64,000 nucleotides of DNA from Acidobacteriaceae bacterium (GTDB taxonomy: Bacteria > Acidobacteriota > Terriglobia > Terriglobales > Acidobacteriaceae). Both the position numbers and the translations under genes were made by a program. Every line of letters starts with the position of its first letter. Position 1 is the stretch's first letter. This document shows, piece by piece, positions 37,354 to 49,189 of this stretch. The notes beneath the pieces were generated by a model. It saw only the letters and a program-made list of their open reading frames with translations. It was not told the origin of the DNA and searched no databases. Location of the stretch: assembly GCA_049671725.1 (NCBI GenBank), contig JBATVK010000153.1, forward strand, positions 15,575 to 79,574. The letters are read 5' to 3'.

Positions 37354-40300
37354 ATGAAAAATTCTTTCCGGATTCAGCCAGCCTGGGCACTGTGCCTGCT
37401 GGCTTTCGCACTCATCTCTGCGCCCTTCGCCCACGCCCAGCAAACGCTGGGAAGTCTGAACGGAACGGTCACCGACATTTCCGGAGCCGCCGTTTCCGGC
37501 GCCTCGGTCACGGTGGTGAGCGAGCAGACCGGCCTCACGAGGTCGGCCACGACGCACAGCAACGGCTACTGGGAGATCCTCAACATCCCCATCGGCCCCT
37601 ATCGGATCACCGTCAAGGCGCAGAATTTCGAGACCGAGGATTTTCCCGGCATCACCGTGCGCGAAGATCGCGCCTCCACGCTGAACGCGGCCCTCAAGCC
37701 CGGACAAGTCACTGAGTCAGTTACAGTCAGCGCCAACCCGCTGCTCAATGCCACCGATACCACCAACGGCTACACGCTCGATAAGTCGCAGATCGCGGAA
37801 ACTCCGCTGGCTACCGGCAGCTTCACGCAGTTGGCCATCCTGGCGCCAGGCGTTAGCTCCCAGCTTCTCTCCGGCGTCGGTACCGACGCCGGCCTCGGCA
37901 ACCAGCCCATCTGGTCCAACGGCCAGCGTGATACCAGCAACACCTTCACCATCAATGGCGTCGACGTTACCAACCTCTTCAACGGCAAGAGCTCCAGCCA
38001 GGACGTCTCCCAACGCTACCAGTTCAATATCGGTGAAGGTTCCAGCGTAGGCGGTCAGGCCCAGGACAACATCTCCGTCTACGGCTCCAACGGCAACGGG
38101 CTCGCCTCGCCCCCGCCGGAGTTCATGCAGGAAATGACCGTGACCACCTCGATGTACGACGCGCAGCAGGGCCAGACCAGCGGCGCCCACGTCGAAGTGA
38201 GCACCAGCACCGGATCGAATGCCTTTCACGGCCAGGTCTACGGGCAGCTCGGCAACAATTTCATGAATGCCGACCCGTTCTTCTATAAGCAGGACGTGCA
38301 GCTGCAATCGCTGTCAGCCTCCGAAGAGAACCCGCAGCTGCACCGCTGGGTTGCGGGCGCAACGCTGGGTGGCCCGATCAAAAAGAACAAGCTCTTCTTC
38401 TTCCTCGGCTATCAGCACCTCTACGATTCCGACCAGACCGGCGCGCTCTCGCAGTTCCAGGTGCCCTACGGACTGACCGACGATCGCAGCACTACCGGCC
38501 TGGAAGCCGCCTGCGCCAGCTACGAAACCGCCACGGTCGCAGGCACCACCAAGACGGCCGGCACCTGCCCGTCCAGCACGACATGGAATGTGGCTGCGGT
38601 GGCGCTTCTGAATGCCAAGGTGAATGGCAGCTACCTCATTCCATCGGCGGACTCCAACGCCCAGTCGCAGCTCCTGAACAAGCAGCCCGACGTCACCCTT
38701 GTCAGCACCTCCGTCTTCAAGGGCGATCAGGCCAACGCCGCGCTCGATTTCAACGCCACCGATGCCGATCACTTGTCCGCAAAGTATTTCTACCAACACA
38801 TGCCCACCATCAGCCCCTTCGGTTCCAGCAATACTGTGGGCTTCCCGGAGAACGAAGACACCGGCGCACAGGTGGCTTCGCTGACGAATTCGCTCAACAT
38901 CGGGCCGCGGATCAACTGGGTGCAGCAGATTGGCTTCTCGCGCCAGAAAGTTTACAGCACATTCTCCGAAGCGCTGTCGGCGTCAGACGTCGATATCGAC
39001 GCTCCCGGCAACAACTTCCCCGGCATTGACGTGATCGACTTCGCTCAGGACAATTCGCAGTCGATCTCGGGCAAGATCGGTCCCTCCAACACCGACAACT
39101 TCTTCGATCAGGGTTATTTTGAGAACCGCTTCTCGCCCTCCACCACAGCCATCTTTTCCTTCGGCAAGCACACCATCAGCGTAGGCGCCAATTACAACTA
39201 CAACCAGCTGAACATCGAAAACCACGTCGAGAACCACTCCCAGCTGGAAACAGAAACCTTTCCCAAATTCCTCACCGGCAGCCTGTATAAAGGCGATGTT
39301 CTCCAGGGCGATTCCAACCGCTATTACCGTTCCAACGACATCGGCGCCTTCGCCATGGATAAATGGCAGGTGCTCTCCAACGTGAGCATCACTCTCGGCC
39401 TGCGCTACGACTTCGACGGTCCTCTCAGCGAGAAAAACGGCGATCTCTTCAACTTCGATCCGTCGCTCTACTCCTCGACGGACAGCGCTATCGTCAATAC
39501 CGGCTTCATCGTCGCCGGCAACAACAAGCTCTACGGCACCCCGGGCGTCAGCGACTCCACGCTCAAGGGCCGGCAGTGGGGTCTGGCGCCGCGTCTCGGC
39601 GTCGCCTGGTCGCCGAAGGCGTTTGGCGGCAAGGTCGTGTGGCGCGCAGGCGCCGGCATGTACTACGACCGCGGCGAGTACTTCCAGTACCTTTCGCCGC
39701 CGGCCGGATCCGGCATCAGCGGTCCCTTCGGCGTGACCCAGGAAGCCCCGTTTGCGGCCTTTACGGACGTCAACGGTACTCTCAGCCAGCCTTTTAAGAG
39801 CTTCGTTTCGCCAACGACTCCCGCTACCCTTGCTTCGCTGATGCCGACCATCGATTCCATGAAGCAGGCCTGCACCGCCTACAACGTATACAACGGGAAC
39901 GACCTTGCTGGGTACAACTGCAACGACGGCGCACCCGACGGACCGCTGGTGATCGGTAATTACGGCATCAACAATGTCCTGCCCTACACCGAGGACTGGA
40001 TGCTCGATATGCAGTGGCAGCCGCGGACGGACACCTCAATCGACATCGGCTACGTGGGCAATCGCGGAAAACACGCCGTGATTCCCATTCCCTTCAATGA
40101 GCCGGGCATCGCCACCACCAGCCATCCCATCAACGGTGAGACTTATTCCTACGGCGTTCAGGTGCTCAGCAACCTGAACAACCCCAATGCCCCATATAGC
40201 AAGTACGGTACGCCCTATGCCATGGCCAGTGAGCCGTATGACACGTTCAGCGGCGGCAACGTCGACCTGCGCGTGCCCTACATCGGATACGACCCCAACT

Positions 40301-41373
40301 CCGCCAGCTTCGAAACTGTCGGCATATCCTCCTATGATGCACTACAGGCGCAGTTGACCAAGCGCATGTCGCACGGCATCCAACTCGGCGCTTCCTACAC
40401 CTGGTCGCACACCCTGGACGAGCAGAGCGATCTCGGCCTCTTCTTTACCGGCGACAATCCCGACGATCTGCGGCAGTCATACGCGTCAGCGGACTTCGAC
40501 CAGACCAATACCCTCACCTTCAACTACATGCTCAACCTGCCGAACGCGGTGAAGGATCGCAGTAACTGGCTCAGCTACCTTACGAATAACTGGTCTCTGC
40601 TGGGCATCACCGTGCTGGAAAGCGGTCAGCCGTACAGCATCTATGACTACTCCGGCTCGGTGGGCAGCGAGTACTTCGGCGGCAACATCGAGCTCACTAA
40701 CCCCGTTGTTCCCATTAAGCCGGGTCTCAGCCCAAAGTCGGTGCGTACCGGCCACTCCGGCGCCTATACGTATGGGACGCCCAACGGTACCGGCGGCGTC
40801 AATGCAAACTATGTGCCCGCTCTCAACGCCAACGATTTCTATATCCCTCTCCTGGCTCCGAATCAGAATGGTGTGCCGCCGTGCGACGACACCACTGCTG
40901 GTGGCAACGCCGGTCCCGGTGGCGGCCCGCTCTGCGACGTTTATGAAACTACCTTCGTGGGGGGACAGCGCAACATCTTCCGCCAGTCCTTCCAGAAGCG
41001 CGCCGATATGACGCTACAGAAGGATATCCACGTCACCGAGAGATATGGACTGCGTTATCAGTTCGAAGTCTTCAATGTAACCAACACGCCAAGCTTCGAC
41101 GTGCCGACCAACTCGCTGTTCCTCAGCCCGAACTACGAGGAACTGCCTCCTCCTGGCGGCTACGCCAACGGAACCCAGGCCCAGCCCTATCAAAGTTCCT
41201 CGGTGGTTACGCCGTCCTCGCCGCAAGGCGCAGCCACCTGCCAGGGGTCCTCGGTCAATTGCGCGTACGAGATGTACACCGTGCCCGGAGCCACCAGCAA
41301 TAAACTCGGTGTCGTCACCAATACCATCGGCAGCCAGCGCCTCGTCGAGATGTCGCTGCACCTGCTCTTCTAG
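37354..41373 (+). CDS. giant TonB-dependent receptor with an N-terminal carboxypeptidase-regulatory-like domain
   Basis: 1339 aa from the ATG at 37354. Signal peptide [28 protein letters not shown]. CarboxypepD_reg-like segment [43 protein letters not shown]. The barrel ends in ...MSLHLLF. Confidence 0.85.
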   Translation: MKNSFRIQPAWALCLLAFALISAPFAHAQQTLGSLNGTVTDISGAAVSGASVTVVSEQTGLTRSATTHSNGYWEILNIPIGPYRITVKAQNFETEDFPGITVREDRASTLNAALKPGQVTESVTVSANPLLNATDTTNGYTLDKSQIAETPLATGSFTQLAILAPGVSSQLLSGVGTDAGLGNQPIWSNGQRDTSNTFTINGVDVTNLFNGKSSSQDVSQRYQFNIGEGSSVGGQAQDNISVYGSNGNGLASPPPEFMQEMTVTTSMYDAQQGQTSGAHVEVSTSTGSNAFHGQVYGQLGNNFMNADPFFYKQDVQLQSLSASEENPQLHRWVAGATLGGPIKKNKLFFFLGYQHLYDSDQTGALSQFQVPYGLTDDRSTTGLEAACASYETATVAGTTKTAGTCPSSTTWNVAAVALLNAKVNGSYLIPSADSNAQSQLLNKQPDVTLVSTSVFKGDQANAALDFNATDADHLSAKYFYQHMPTISPFGSSNTVGFPENEDTGAQVASLTNSLNIGPRINWVQQIGFSRQKVYSTFSEALSASDVDIDAPGNNFPGIDVIDFAQDNSQSISGKIGPSNTDNFFDQGYFENRFSPSTTAIFSFGKHTISVGANYNYNQLNIENHVENHSQLETETFPKFLTGSLYKGDVLQGDSNRYYRSNDIGAFAMDKWQVLSNVSITLGLRYDFDGPLSEKNGDLFNFDPSLYSSTDSAIVNTGFIVAGNNKLYGTPGVSDSTLKGRQWGLAPRLGVAWSPKAFGGKVVWRAGAGMYYDRGEYFQYLSPPAGSGISGPFGVTQEAPFAAFTDVNGTLSQPFKSFVSPTTPATLASLMPTIDSMKQACTAYNVYNGNDLAGYNCNDGAPDGPLVIGNYGINNVLPYTEDWMLDMQWQPRTDTSIDIGYVGNRGKHAVIPIPFNEPGIATTSHPINGETYSYGVQVLSNLNNPNAPYSKYGTPYAMASEPYDTFSGGNVDLRVPYIGYDPNSASFETVGISSYDALQAQLTKRMSHGIQLGASYTWSHTLDEQSDLGLFFTGDNPDDLRQSYASADFDQTNTLTFNYMLNLPNAVKDRSNWLSYLTNNWSLLGITVLESGQPYSIYDYSGSVGSEYFGGNIELTNPVVPIKPGLSPKSVRTGHSGAYTYGTPNGTGGVNANYVPALNANDFYIPLLAPNQNGVPPCDDTTAGGNAGPGGGPLCDVYETTFVGGQRNIFRQSFQKRADMTLQKDIHVTERYGLRYQFEVFNVTNTPSFDVPTNSLFLSPNYEELPPPGGYANGTQAQPYQSSSVVTPSSPQGAATCQGSSVNCAYEMYTVPGATSNKLGVVTNTIGSQRLVEMSLHLLF

Positions 41374-41393
41374 CCACCAGCACCAATCCAACC

Positions 41394-41423
41394 GGGCCGG
41401 CTTCAGCGCCGGCCCTTTTCTTT
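41394..41423 (+). terminator. rho-independent terminator
   Basis: GGGCCGGC-TTCAGC-GCCGGCCC forms an 8-bp GC stem followed by TTTTCTTTG, 20 nt after the receptor stop. Confidence 0.75.
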
Positions 41424-41452
41424 GCCCGGTAGAATGTCTATGTCGTCTCCCC

Positions 41453-43399
<1,947 letters not shown>

Positions 43400-43402
43400 C
43401 AT

Positions 43403-44236
43403 TCAGCGCGTGCGTGACAAATTCAAGTTCACCTGGATCCCGCGGCCCAGCGGCGTCTGCACCTCGGAGACATCCACGGGATATCCGTTCTCCACCGAGC
43501 GATGGTGCAGCACGTATCCGCCGATGAGCCAGCCGAAGGTGCTGCCCACCAGCACATCGGAAGGGAAGTGGTCCCGCGCCAGCACCCGCGACACCGAAAC
43601 CGTGCTCGCCAGCCCATAAACAATCGCCTTCGTGGCGACCCCGTCGTATTGCCCGGCCACCACATGCGCGAACGACCACACGTTCATGGCGTGTTCCGAC
43701 GGCATGGAGGGATTGTTCGGCCAGTCCTTCGGGCCGTGCGGCCAGAATCCTCCCCGAGCGTTATCCAGCTTCGGATATTCGCGGTCCAGCGCGTACTTCA
43801 GCCCTTCATCCAGAATCCCCGCGTCGGCCATCGCCTCGGCGGAGAGCACAGCGGTTTCCGTCATATAGCTGTTGTGGCGCACTTCCCCGGCAAAATACCC
43901 GGTTGCGCTCGCCGCAAACGGCAGGTACAGGCCGCCGTAGCTGGAGAATTTGTCGAAATCGCTCTCGCGGTTCGGATGCACACCCAGATCCTGAATTGCC
44001 TGCGTGTCGAAATGGAGCGCGACCCCCGTCGCCGCGCCAAATGGCAGCACCCAGAGCAGGTCCCCTTCGCTGATCCGAAGCGGACTGGTCACGATGTGCT
44101 CCTCATCCTGAGCCACATGCCGAGCGCAGATTCCCAGCGCGTTCAGGTTGCACTGCGGGGCGTTCGGCAAAGCGGTCTGCGCTGTCGCAAGCGACAGGCA
44201 TGCAAAGAGAAAAACAACGAGCATGACGCTTGCCAT
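43403..44236 (-). CDS. secreted PAP2-family (acid phosphatase/haloperoxidase-type) phosphatase
   Basis: Signal peptide MASVMLVVFLFACLSLATAQ. The three PAP2 motifs are KYALDREYP (KxxxxxxRP-like), PSEH (PSGH-like) and SRVLARDHFPSDV (SRxxxxxHxxxD). Confidence 0.8.
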   Translation of the reverse strand: MASVMLVVFLFACLSLATAQTALPNAPQCNLNALGICARHVAQDEEHIVTSPLRISEGDLLWVLPFGAATGVALHFDTQAIQDLGVHPNRESDFDKFSSYGGLYLPFAASATGYFAGEVRHNSYMTETAVLSAEAMADAGILDEGLKYALDREYPKLDNARGGFWPHGPKDWPNNPSMPSEHAMNVWSFAHVVAGQYDGVATKAIVYGLASTVSVSRVLARDHFPSDVLVGSTFGWLIGGYVLHHRSVENGYPVDVSEVQTPLGRGIQVNLNLSRTR

Positions 44237-44379
44237 CGACCTGTGCGGCAGAAGCCCCTCCTTCCGGCAAAACCGGCGTCGATCTATCCAAATTCGGCCC
44301 CGCGAAACAGCGGCCCTGCCTGGATTGTAACGGCCCATTCGGGAGAGTTCTCTTCGTGCAGAGCCGTCTGCCGACGTTG

Positions 44380-44733
44380 TTATCTTTCCGCTTCCCACAT
44401 TTCCTCGTAGAGCTCTTTCACTCGCTCGCGTGCCAGTCGCAGAGCTAGCCGTCCCTCTGCCGTGGCCGCATACGTCCTGCGCCGTCGCCCCGCAACCACC
44501 TGCCAGTTGGTGCGCAGCCATCCGCGGCGCTCCATTCCGTGCAGCAGCGGATAGATCGTTCCCGGGCCAAGCCGATAGCCGTGTCGGCCCAGTTCCTCCA
44601 TGATGCCCAGTCCGAAGATCGGCTCTTCCGCCGCATGATGCAGAACGTGCAGACGCACCAGGCCGATATAAAGCTCCTGATTCCGTCCCCCTCCGGAAAG
44701 CTTCCCCTGGACCGTATTAGCCTCGGGCTTCAT
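44380..44733 (-). CDS. PadR-family transcriptional regulator
   Basis: Winged-helix PadR signature: LVRLHVLHHAAEEPIFGLGIMEELGRHGYRLGPGTIYPLLHGMERRGWL...RRRRTYAATAEG. Confidence 0.9.
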   Translation of the reverse strand: MKPEANTVQGKLSGGGRNQELYIGLVRLHVLHHAAEEPIFGLGIMEELGRHGYRLGPGTIYPLLHGMERRGWLRTNWQVVAGRRRRTYAATAEGRLALRLARERVKELYEEMWEAER

Positions 44734-44766
44734 CGTCACGCATCGCACCTATCCGAGGCCTGTACC

Positions 44767-45099
44767 TCAAAACAGATCGGCGATCGGCGGAAACGTCAGC
44801 AACAGACTGACGATCAGCAGTGCCAAAGCCGCGGTGCCGATTCGTGCCAGGGCCACGTTCCGCTTTCGCCACCGCGCCTCCAAAATCGCCCAACTGATCA
44901 GCCACACGGCAATCGCCGAGGTGGTCACTCCCGACAAAGGCCCGGTTGGTTTGTAGAAGACCATGAGTCCTTTGACCCAGACCGCCTGGTCCGCTGCGAT
45001 GGCCAGCAACGCCAGCGCGAATGCTCCAATTCCGGCCGCCAGCAGCGCAGCCGCGCCAGAGCCGTTGGGACGATCAGCGGAAGTTTCCGTCGCGCTCAT
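44767..45099 (-). CDS. small 3-TM membrane protein, no family recognised
   Basis: 110 aa from the ATG at 45099. That ATG overlaps the upstream stop as ATGA. A GGAGGG SD lies 6 nt upstream. Three hydrophobic helices are present. Confidence 0.65.
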   Translation of the reverse strand: MSATETSADRPNGSGAAALLAAGIGAFALALLAIAADQAVWVKGLMVFYKPTGPLSGVTTSAIAVWLISWAILEARWRKRNVALARIGTAALALLIVSLLLTFPPIADLF

Positions 45100-45668
45100 C
45101 GATTCCCTCCGTGCATCAGGTGAATGACGCTGCCGCCCTGTACCGGCGCATTCTTGTTGAGCATCGCGCCAAAGAAACCCGCAATGCCGGCGCAGAGAAA
45201 AGAGACCAGCACAAAACCCAGCACCGCATTGCGAAGCTGCGGGTGATTCCTGATCCCGCGGCCGTAACGGAAGAACACGGCGCAGGCCATCGTGATGGAG
45301 ATCGGCGCCAGCCACGCAACGTGCTCCTTCCACTCCATCCCGATGGAGTGCCAGCCACTGGTCGTTGGGTTCGACTTGAGCTGCATCTGCGGATACCCAG
45401 CCAGATTCACCGTGCCCGCGGGAGCCGCGGCGCGATACCACGGATAAACGATGTAAGCGCCGGTCAGCACGGCGAGCCATGCGAGCACAACCATCAATAC
45501 CAGATAGGCCCGCAGGAACGTCTCGTCCTTGGCGCTCGCCAGCGAAGTAGTGGCGGGCGAATAACGTCGCCAGATTTCGACGATTGCCCCGGAGCACGCC
45601 AGCAGATAGAGCGCGCCAAACCCCATGCCGTGAATCATCGTCCAAAGCGCGCGGGTTGTGATTTCCAT
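45096..45668 (-). CDS. 4-5-TM His-rich membrane protein, no family recognised
   Basis: 190 aa from the ATG at 45668, preceded by an AAGGAG SD. It starts only 20 nt downstream of the outer-membrane barrel gene's stop. Confidence 0.7.
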   Translation of the reverse strand: MEITTRALWTMIHGMGFGALYLLACSGAIVEIWRRYSPATTSLASAKDETFLRAYLVLMVVLAWLAVLTGAYIVYPWYRAAAPAGTVNLAGYPQMQLKSNPTTSGWHSIGMEWKEHVAWLAPISITMACAVFFRYGRGIRNHPQLRNAVLGFVLVSFLCAGIAGFFGAMLNKNAPVQGGSVIHLMHGGNR

Positions 45669-45688
45669 GGATTCGCTCCTTTCCCTGG

Positions 45689-46552
45689 CTACTGGAATCC
45701 GCCGGCGTTCATCCTTTGCCCGAGAAATGCGCTGGCCGCGGGCGATTTTCCCGCGTCTTTTCCCCAGGTCCAGTACATACCCACGTAGGCGTAGTTCTCC
45801 GTTTGCCCCGCGACGGAGTGTCCGTAGCAAAACAGGAACTGCTCATTGGGATTGTGTTTGCGGTGGTAGACGCCTCCCATGTCGATCAGCGTCGAGGCCT
45901 GCGTCTGCGCAGCCGCGAATCCCTCCTTGCCGTGCGCGAACACCTCTCCGCCGAACTCCAGCCGTTCGCCAAAGGTGTACTTCAGCAGGAATCCGCCATA
46001 GGGGAAATTGCGGTAATCAGTTTGCGGAACGACCGTCTCGCCCGCGCCGCCGTCCAGCAGCCAGTTCCCAAAATTCTTTTGCAGCCACAAAGGGAGCCGG
46101 TACCAAACCTTCCCCACGCCCAGGCCTTTTTGATAGTTTCCCGTCGGCATCTCGAACATGGTGAAGGTGCCGATCTGCGGAACGTACTTGCTCTCTTTGA
46201 TGTAAGCGATCTTCGCGCCCAGCTCCATGTCCGTGAGCCCGAACTCGGTCGGGCCGACGCCGCCGGGAAGATACGCAGGATTATTCGACGGAGCCACCAC
46301 GCCCCACGGCAGAATCGCGTGCAGTTGCACTCTGGGAATTGCGCCCCAGTTGAACTCGAACGCCGGCCCTTCGGAATCCATCTCCGCCGGGGTGCCGTCG
46401 GCGCTGCCGAAAATATAGAACTCGTAGTGGTGCAGATCCACCGGCACCGGATCGTCGGTCTGATAGGGAGGACCCTGGGCCCAAAGCCTCGGCGACGCCA
46501 GCGCGAGAAGCAGGCAGAGGGCCAGCCGCCAACACATCCCGGACGCTCTCAT
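45689..46552 (-). CDS. outer-membrane beta-barrel of the MetA-pathway phenol-degradation-like 'transporter' family
   Basis: Signal peptide ...LALCLLLALASPRLWAQ is followed by GPPYQTDDPVPVD, which is typical of that family. Alternating beta-strand patterning is visible. Confidence 0.75.
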   Translation of the reverse strand: MRASGMCWRLALCLLLALASPRLWAQGPPYQTDDPVPVDLHHYEFYIFGSADGTPAEMDSEGPAFEFNWGAIPRVQLHAILPWGVVAPSNNPAYLPGGVGPTEFGLTDMELGAKIAYIKESKYVPQIGTFTMFEMPTGNYQKGLGVGKVWYRLPLWLQKNFGNWLLDGGAGETVVPQTDYRNFPYGGFLLKYTFGERLEFGGEVFAHGKEGFAAAQTQASTLIDMGGVYHRKHNPNEQFLFCYGHSVAGQTENYAYVGMYWTWGKDAGKSPAASAFLGQRMNAGGFQ

Positions 46553-46758
46553 CCGCGGCCTCCGGAAAGGGAAGTCCTTACAACAGGTCAGGCTCTTCCA
46601 CAAACGTCTGCTGATTGCAATAATCGAGTTTCGATACTGGCACGCAGAGTTGCCGTCGTCAATAAGGCTTCGTGTGAATTTTTCCGGTGTCGGAAATCGA
46701 CCGTGGGATGCTTGTTACCCCAGTTCGCGTGCCGGCACCGCCGGAAACCTTAAAGGGA

Positions 46759-46834
46759 TGGTGGACGCGGAAGGAATCGAACCTTCAACCTGTCGATTAA
46801 GAGTCGAATGCTCTGCCAATTGAGCTACGCGTCC
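46759..46834 (-). tRNA. tRNA-Lys (anticodon CTT), CCA encoded
   Basis: The minus strand reads GGACGCGTAGCTCAATTGGCAGAGCATTCGACTCTTAATCGACAGGTTGAAGGTTCGATTCCTTCCGCGTCCACCA. It folds by hand into a cloverleaf with a 7-bp acceptor stem, a GTTCGATT T-loop and the anticodon loop CT-CTT-AA. Confidence 0.95.
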
Positions 46835-47083
46835 AGGAACCGGAGACCGAGCCTCTCGGACCAGGGCTCGCTGGCGCTCCCAGGCGGGCGAAAATCACTG
46901 CGCCGCACCCTTCTGCGCCTCTCCCACTATAACAAAACCCGGCGCGGTCCTTTCCCCTTCTGGCCGGCTTCTTGCGAGGGTCTAAGGCCTGCCCAAATGG
47001 CTCCCCTCACGTCTCTTCAGCCCCTGGCCGCTTGCATCCGGAGCGCTCCCAGGGCCAGGATGGTTGTGTCTGGAGGTGCCCCC

Positions 47084-47638
47084 ATGCCGCGCCGGATTGC
47101 CGCCGTCCTCCTCGTCCTCTCCTTCGCCGTCTTCGCCGGAATCGCACCCCGCCTGCACGCCCAGAACGACCCCGATGAGGTCGATCCGCTCACCCCCGAT
47201 GAAGTTCAGCAGATTCGCGACAGCAAAATCTACCCCAACGACCGCATCAAGCTCTACCTCAAATTCATCGATCAGCGCATCGACACGCTGCGCCAGCTCG
47301 CCGCCAATCCTACCGCCGACAACCGCGCGTCCCAGATCCGCAACAAGCTCCAGGAGTTCACCAGCCTCTCCGACGAGTTGCAGGACAATCTCGACACGTA
47401 CGACTCCGCCCACGCCGACATCCGCAAGTCGCTCAAGGATGTCATCGCCGACACCAGCCGATGGCCCTCAGTGCTGCAGGCGCTGCCCCAGAATCCCGAC
47501 TACGAATTTTCCGTCAAGACTGCGCTCGATTCCGCGCAGAGCGCCGGCGACGACGCGAAGCAGCTCGCCCAGGAGCAGGACATCTTCTTCAAGGTTCACA
47601 AAAACGAGCGCAACAGGAACGGCACCGGCCCCGGTTAG
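47084..47638 (+). CDS. secreted helical protein, no family recognised
   Basis: The ATG at 47084 follows a GGAGG SD. Signal peptide MPRRIAAVLLVLSFAVFAGIAPRLHA. The rest has a charged, helical composition. Confidence 0.7.
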   Translation: MPRRIAAVLLVLSFAVFAGIAPRLHAQNDPDEVDPLTPDEVQQIRDSKIYPNDRIKLYLKFIDQRIDTLRQLAANPTADNRASQIRNKLQEFTSLSDELQDNLDTYDSAHADIRKSLKDVIADTSRWPSVLQALPQNPDYEFSVKTALDSAQSAGDDAKQLAQEQDIFFKVHKNERNRNGTGPG

Positions 47639-47647
47639 TGGGCCAGG

Positions 47648-48022
47648 TTAATTGCCTGCGGCACGCCGTCTGCGGATGGCCTGCGCCAACCGCCACAGAT
47701 AGATCAGCAGGTTCGCCCCGCAGACCGCTATAGCTCCGCCGATGATTACCCCGACCGGCACATTCGGATACACGATCGCGTCCAGATAGTGCACCATGAA
47801 GCTGCCTGAGTACGTTGGCAGCCCGGCACGCGCCTCCAGCCACTGCTCCAGCATCGTCAGCGGGCATGGCCACGGTCCCGTGTCCACGATAATGCCCCAC
47901 GTCAGCGATGCGATGTGGAACCCGGTCAGCCACGGCCGCCCCCGTGTAAACAGCGCCCCGACGATCACCCACAGGATCCATGTCAGGTGAATCGCCAGCA
48001 CCAGCACTGCCAGAGCCGCCAT
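47648..48022 (-). CDS. small 4-TM membrane protein, DUF2784-like
   Basis: 124 aa. It carries the motif WPCPLTMLEQWL that I associate with DUF2784. A GAGGT SD lies upstream of the ATG. Confidence 0.75.
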   Translation of the reverse strand: MAALAVLVLAIHLTWILWVIVGALFTRGRPWLTGFHIASLTWGIIVDTGPWPCPLTMLEQWLEARAGLPTYSGSFMVHYLDAIVYPNVPVGVIIGGAIAVCGANLLIYLWRLAQAIRRRRAAGN

Positions 48023-48083
48023 ACCTCGATCTTAGAGCCGCGCCGTGGCTCCGGCCGCAGCCTCGCTTACACTGAAAAGGAAA

Positions 48084-49178
48084 ATGTTTTACCGCACAGA
48101 CGATCTCCGCATCCGATCCACCAAAGTCGTTCTGCCTCCGGTCTTCCTGGAAGAAGAGCTTCCGGTCACCGAGGCGGCATCGGCCACCGTGTTCCACGCG
48201 CGCCGTGAGATCACGGCGATTCTCGATCAGCGCGATCCGCGTCTTCTGGTCGTCGCCGGTCCCTGCTCCATCCACGACCCAGCTGCCGCCCGCGAATACG
48301 CCGCTCTCCTCAAAGAGGCAATGGCGGAGTTCGCCGCCGAGCTGCGCCTCGTTATGCGCGTCTATTTTGAGAAGCCACGCACCACCCTCGGCTGGAAAGG
48401 CCTCATCAACGATCCTTTCCTCGACGAGTCCTACCGCATCAACGATGGCCTGCGCCTGGCGCGCCGCCTCCTGCTCGATCTCGCTGAGATGGGCGTTCCC
48501 GCCGGCACCGAATTCCTCGACATGATCTCTCCGCAGTATGTCGCCGAGCTGGTCAGCTGGGGCGCTATCGGCGCGCGCACCACCGAGAGCCAGGGCCATC
48601 GCCAGCTCGCCTCCGGTCTTTCCTGTCCGGTCGGCTTCAAGAACGGTACCTCCGGCAACGTGCAGATTGCCATCGAGGCCATCCTCTCCGCCGGCCATCC
48701 GCACACCTTCCTCGGCCACTCCAAATACGGCCAGTCCGCCATCCTTTTCACCGCTGGCAATACCGATTGCCACATCATCCTGCGCGGCGGCCGCCAGACG
48801 GTGAACTACGACGCCGCCAGCGTCGACGAAACCTGCCGCCTGCTGGAGAAGGCGAGTCTGCCCCAGCGCGTCATGATCGACTGCAGCCATGCCAACAGCG
48901 GCAAGGATCACACCCGCCAGCCCGCTGTCTGCCGCGATGTGGCCGCGCAGATCGCCGCCGGCGACCGCCGCATCGTGGGCGTCATGCTGGAGAGCAATCT
49001 CGTTGCCGGCGCTCAGAAACACATCCCCGGCCGCGAGCTGGTCTACGGCCAGAGCATCACCGACGGCTGTATGGACTGGAAGCAGACCCGCGAGTTGCTT
49101 GCCGAACTCGCCGCTGCCGTCCGCACGCGCCAATCCGCCACCGCCGATCAACACCTTCCGGCGACTCAACCGGCATAG
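48084..49178 (+). CDS. aroG: class I (AroF/G/H-type) 3-deoxy-7-phosphoheptulonate (DAHP) synthase
   Basis: LLVVAGPCSIHD, YFEKPRTTLGWKGLINDP and GAIGARTTESQGHRQLASGLS are present. Isozyme and feedback specificity cannot be told from sequence. Confidence 0.95.
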   Translation: MFYRTDDLRIRSTKVVLPPVFLEEELPVTEAASATVFHARREITAILDQRDPRLLVVAGPCSIHDPAAAREYAALLKEAMAEFAAELRLVMRVYFEKPRTTLGWKGLINDPFLDESYRINDGLRLARRLLLDLAEMGVPAGTEFLDMISPQYVAELVSWGAIGARTTESQGHRQLASGLSCPVGFKNGTSGNVQIAIEAILSAGHPHTFLGHSKYGQSAILFTAGNTDCHIILRGGRQTVNYDAASVDETCRLLEKASLPQRVMIDCSHANSGKDHTRQPAVCRDVAAQIAAGDRRIVGVMLESNLVAGAQKHIPGRELVYGQSITDGCMDWKQTRELLAELAAAVRTRQSATADQHLPATQPA

Positions 49179-49189
49179 CGAGGCCAACC

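Noticed and set aside
46638-46653. Near-perfect sigma54-type sequence TGGCACGCAGAGTTGC
   Set aside because: The GG-to-GC spacing is 11 nt rather than the strict 10 nt. It is on the plus strand, pointing into the antisense of the tRNA-Lys gene, and no plus-strand gene follows for 430 nt.
43403-46834. Possible genomic island integrated at the 3' end of tRNA-Lys
   Set aside because: There is no integrase, recombinase or other mobility gene. I found no direct repeat of the tRNA 3' half (GGTTCGATTCCTTCCGCGTCCACCA) at the far end near 43400. Composition looks like the rest of the window.
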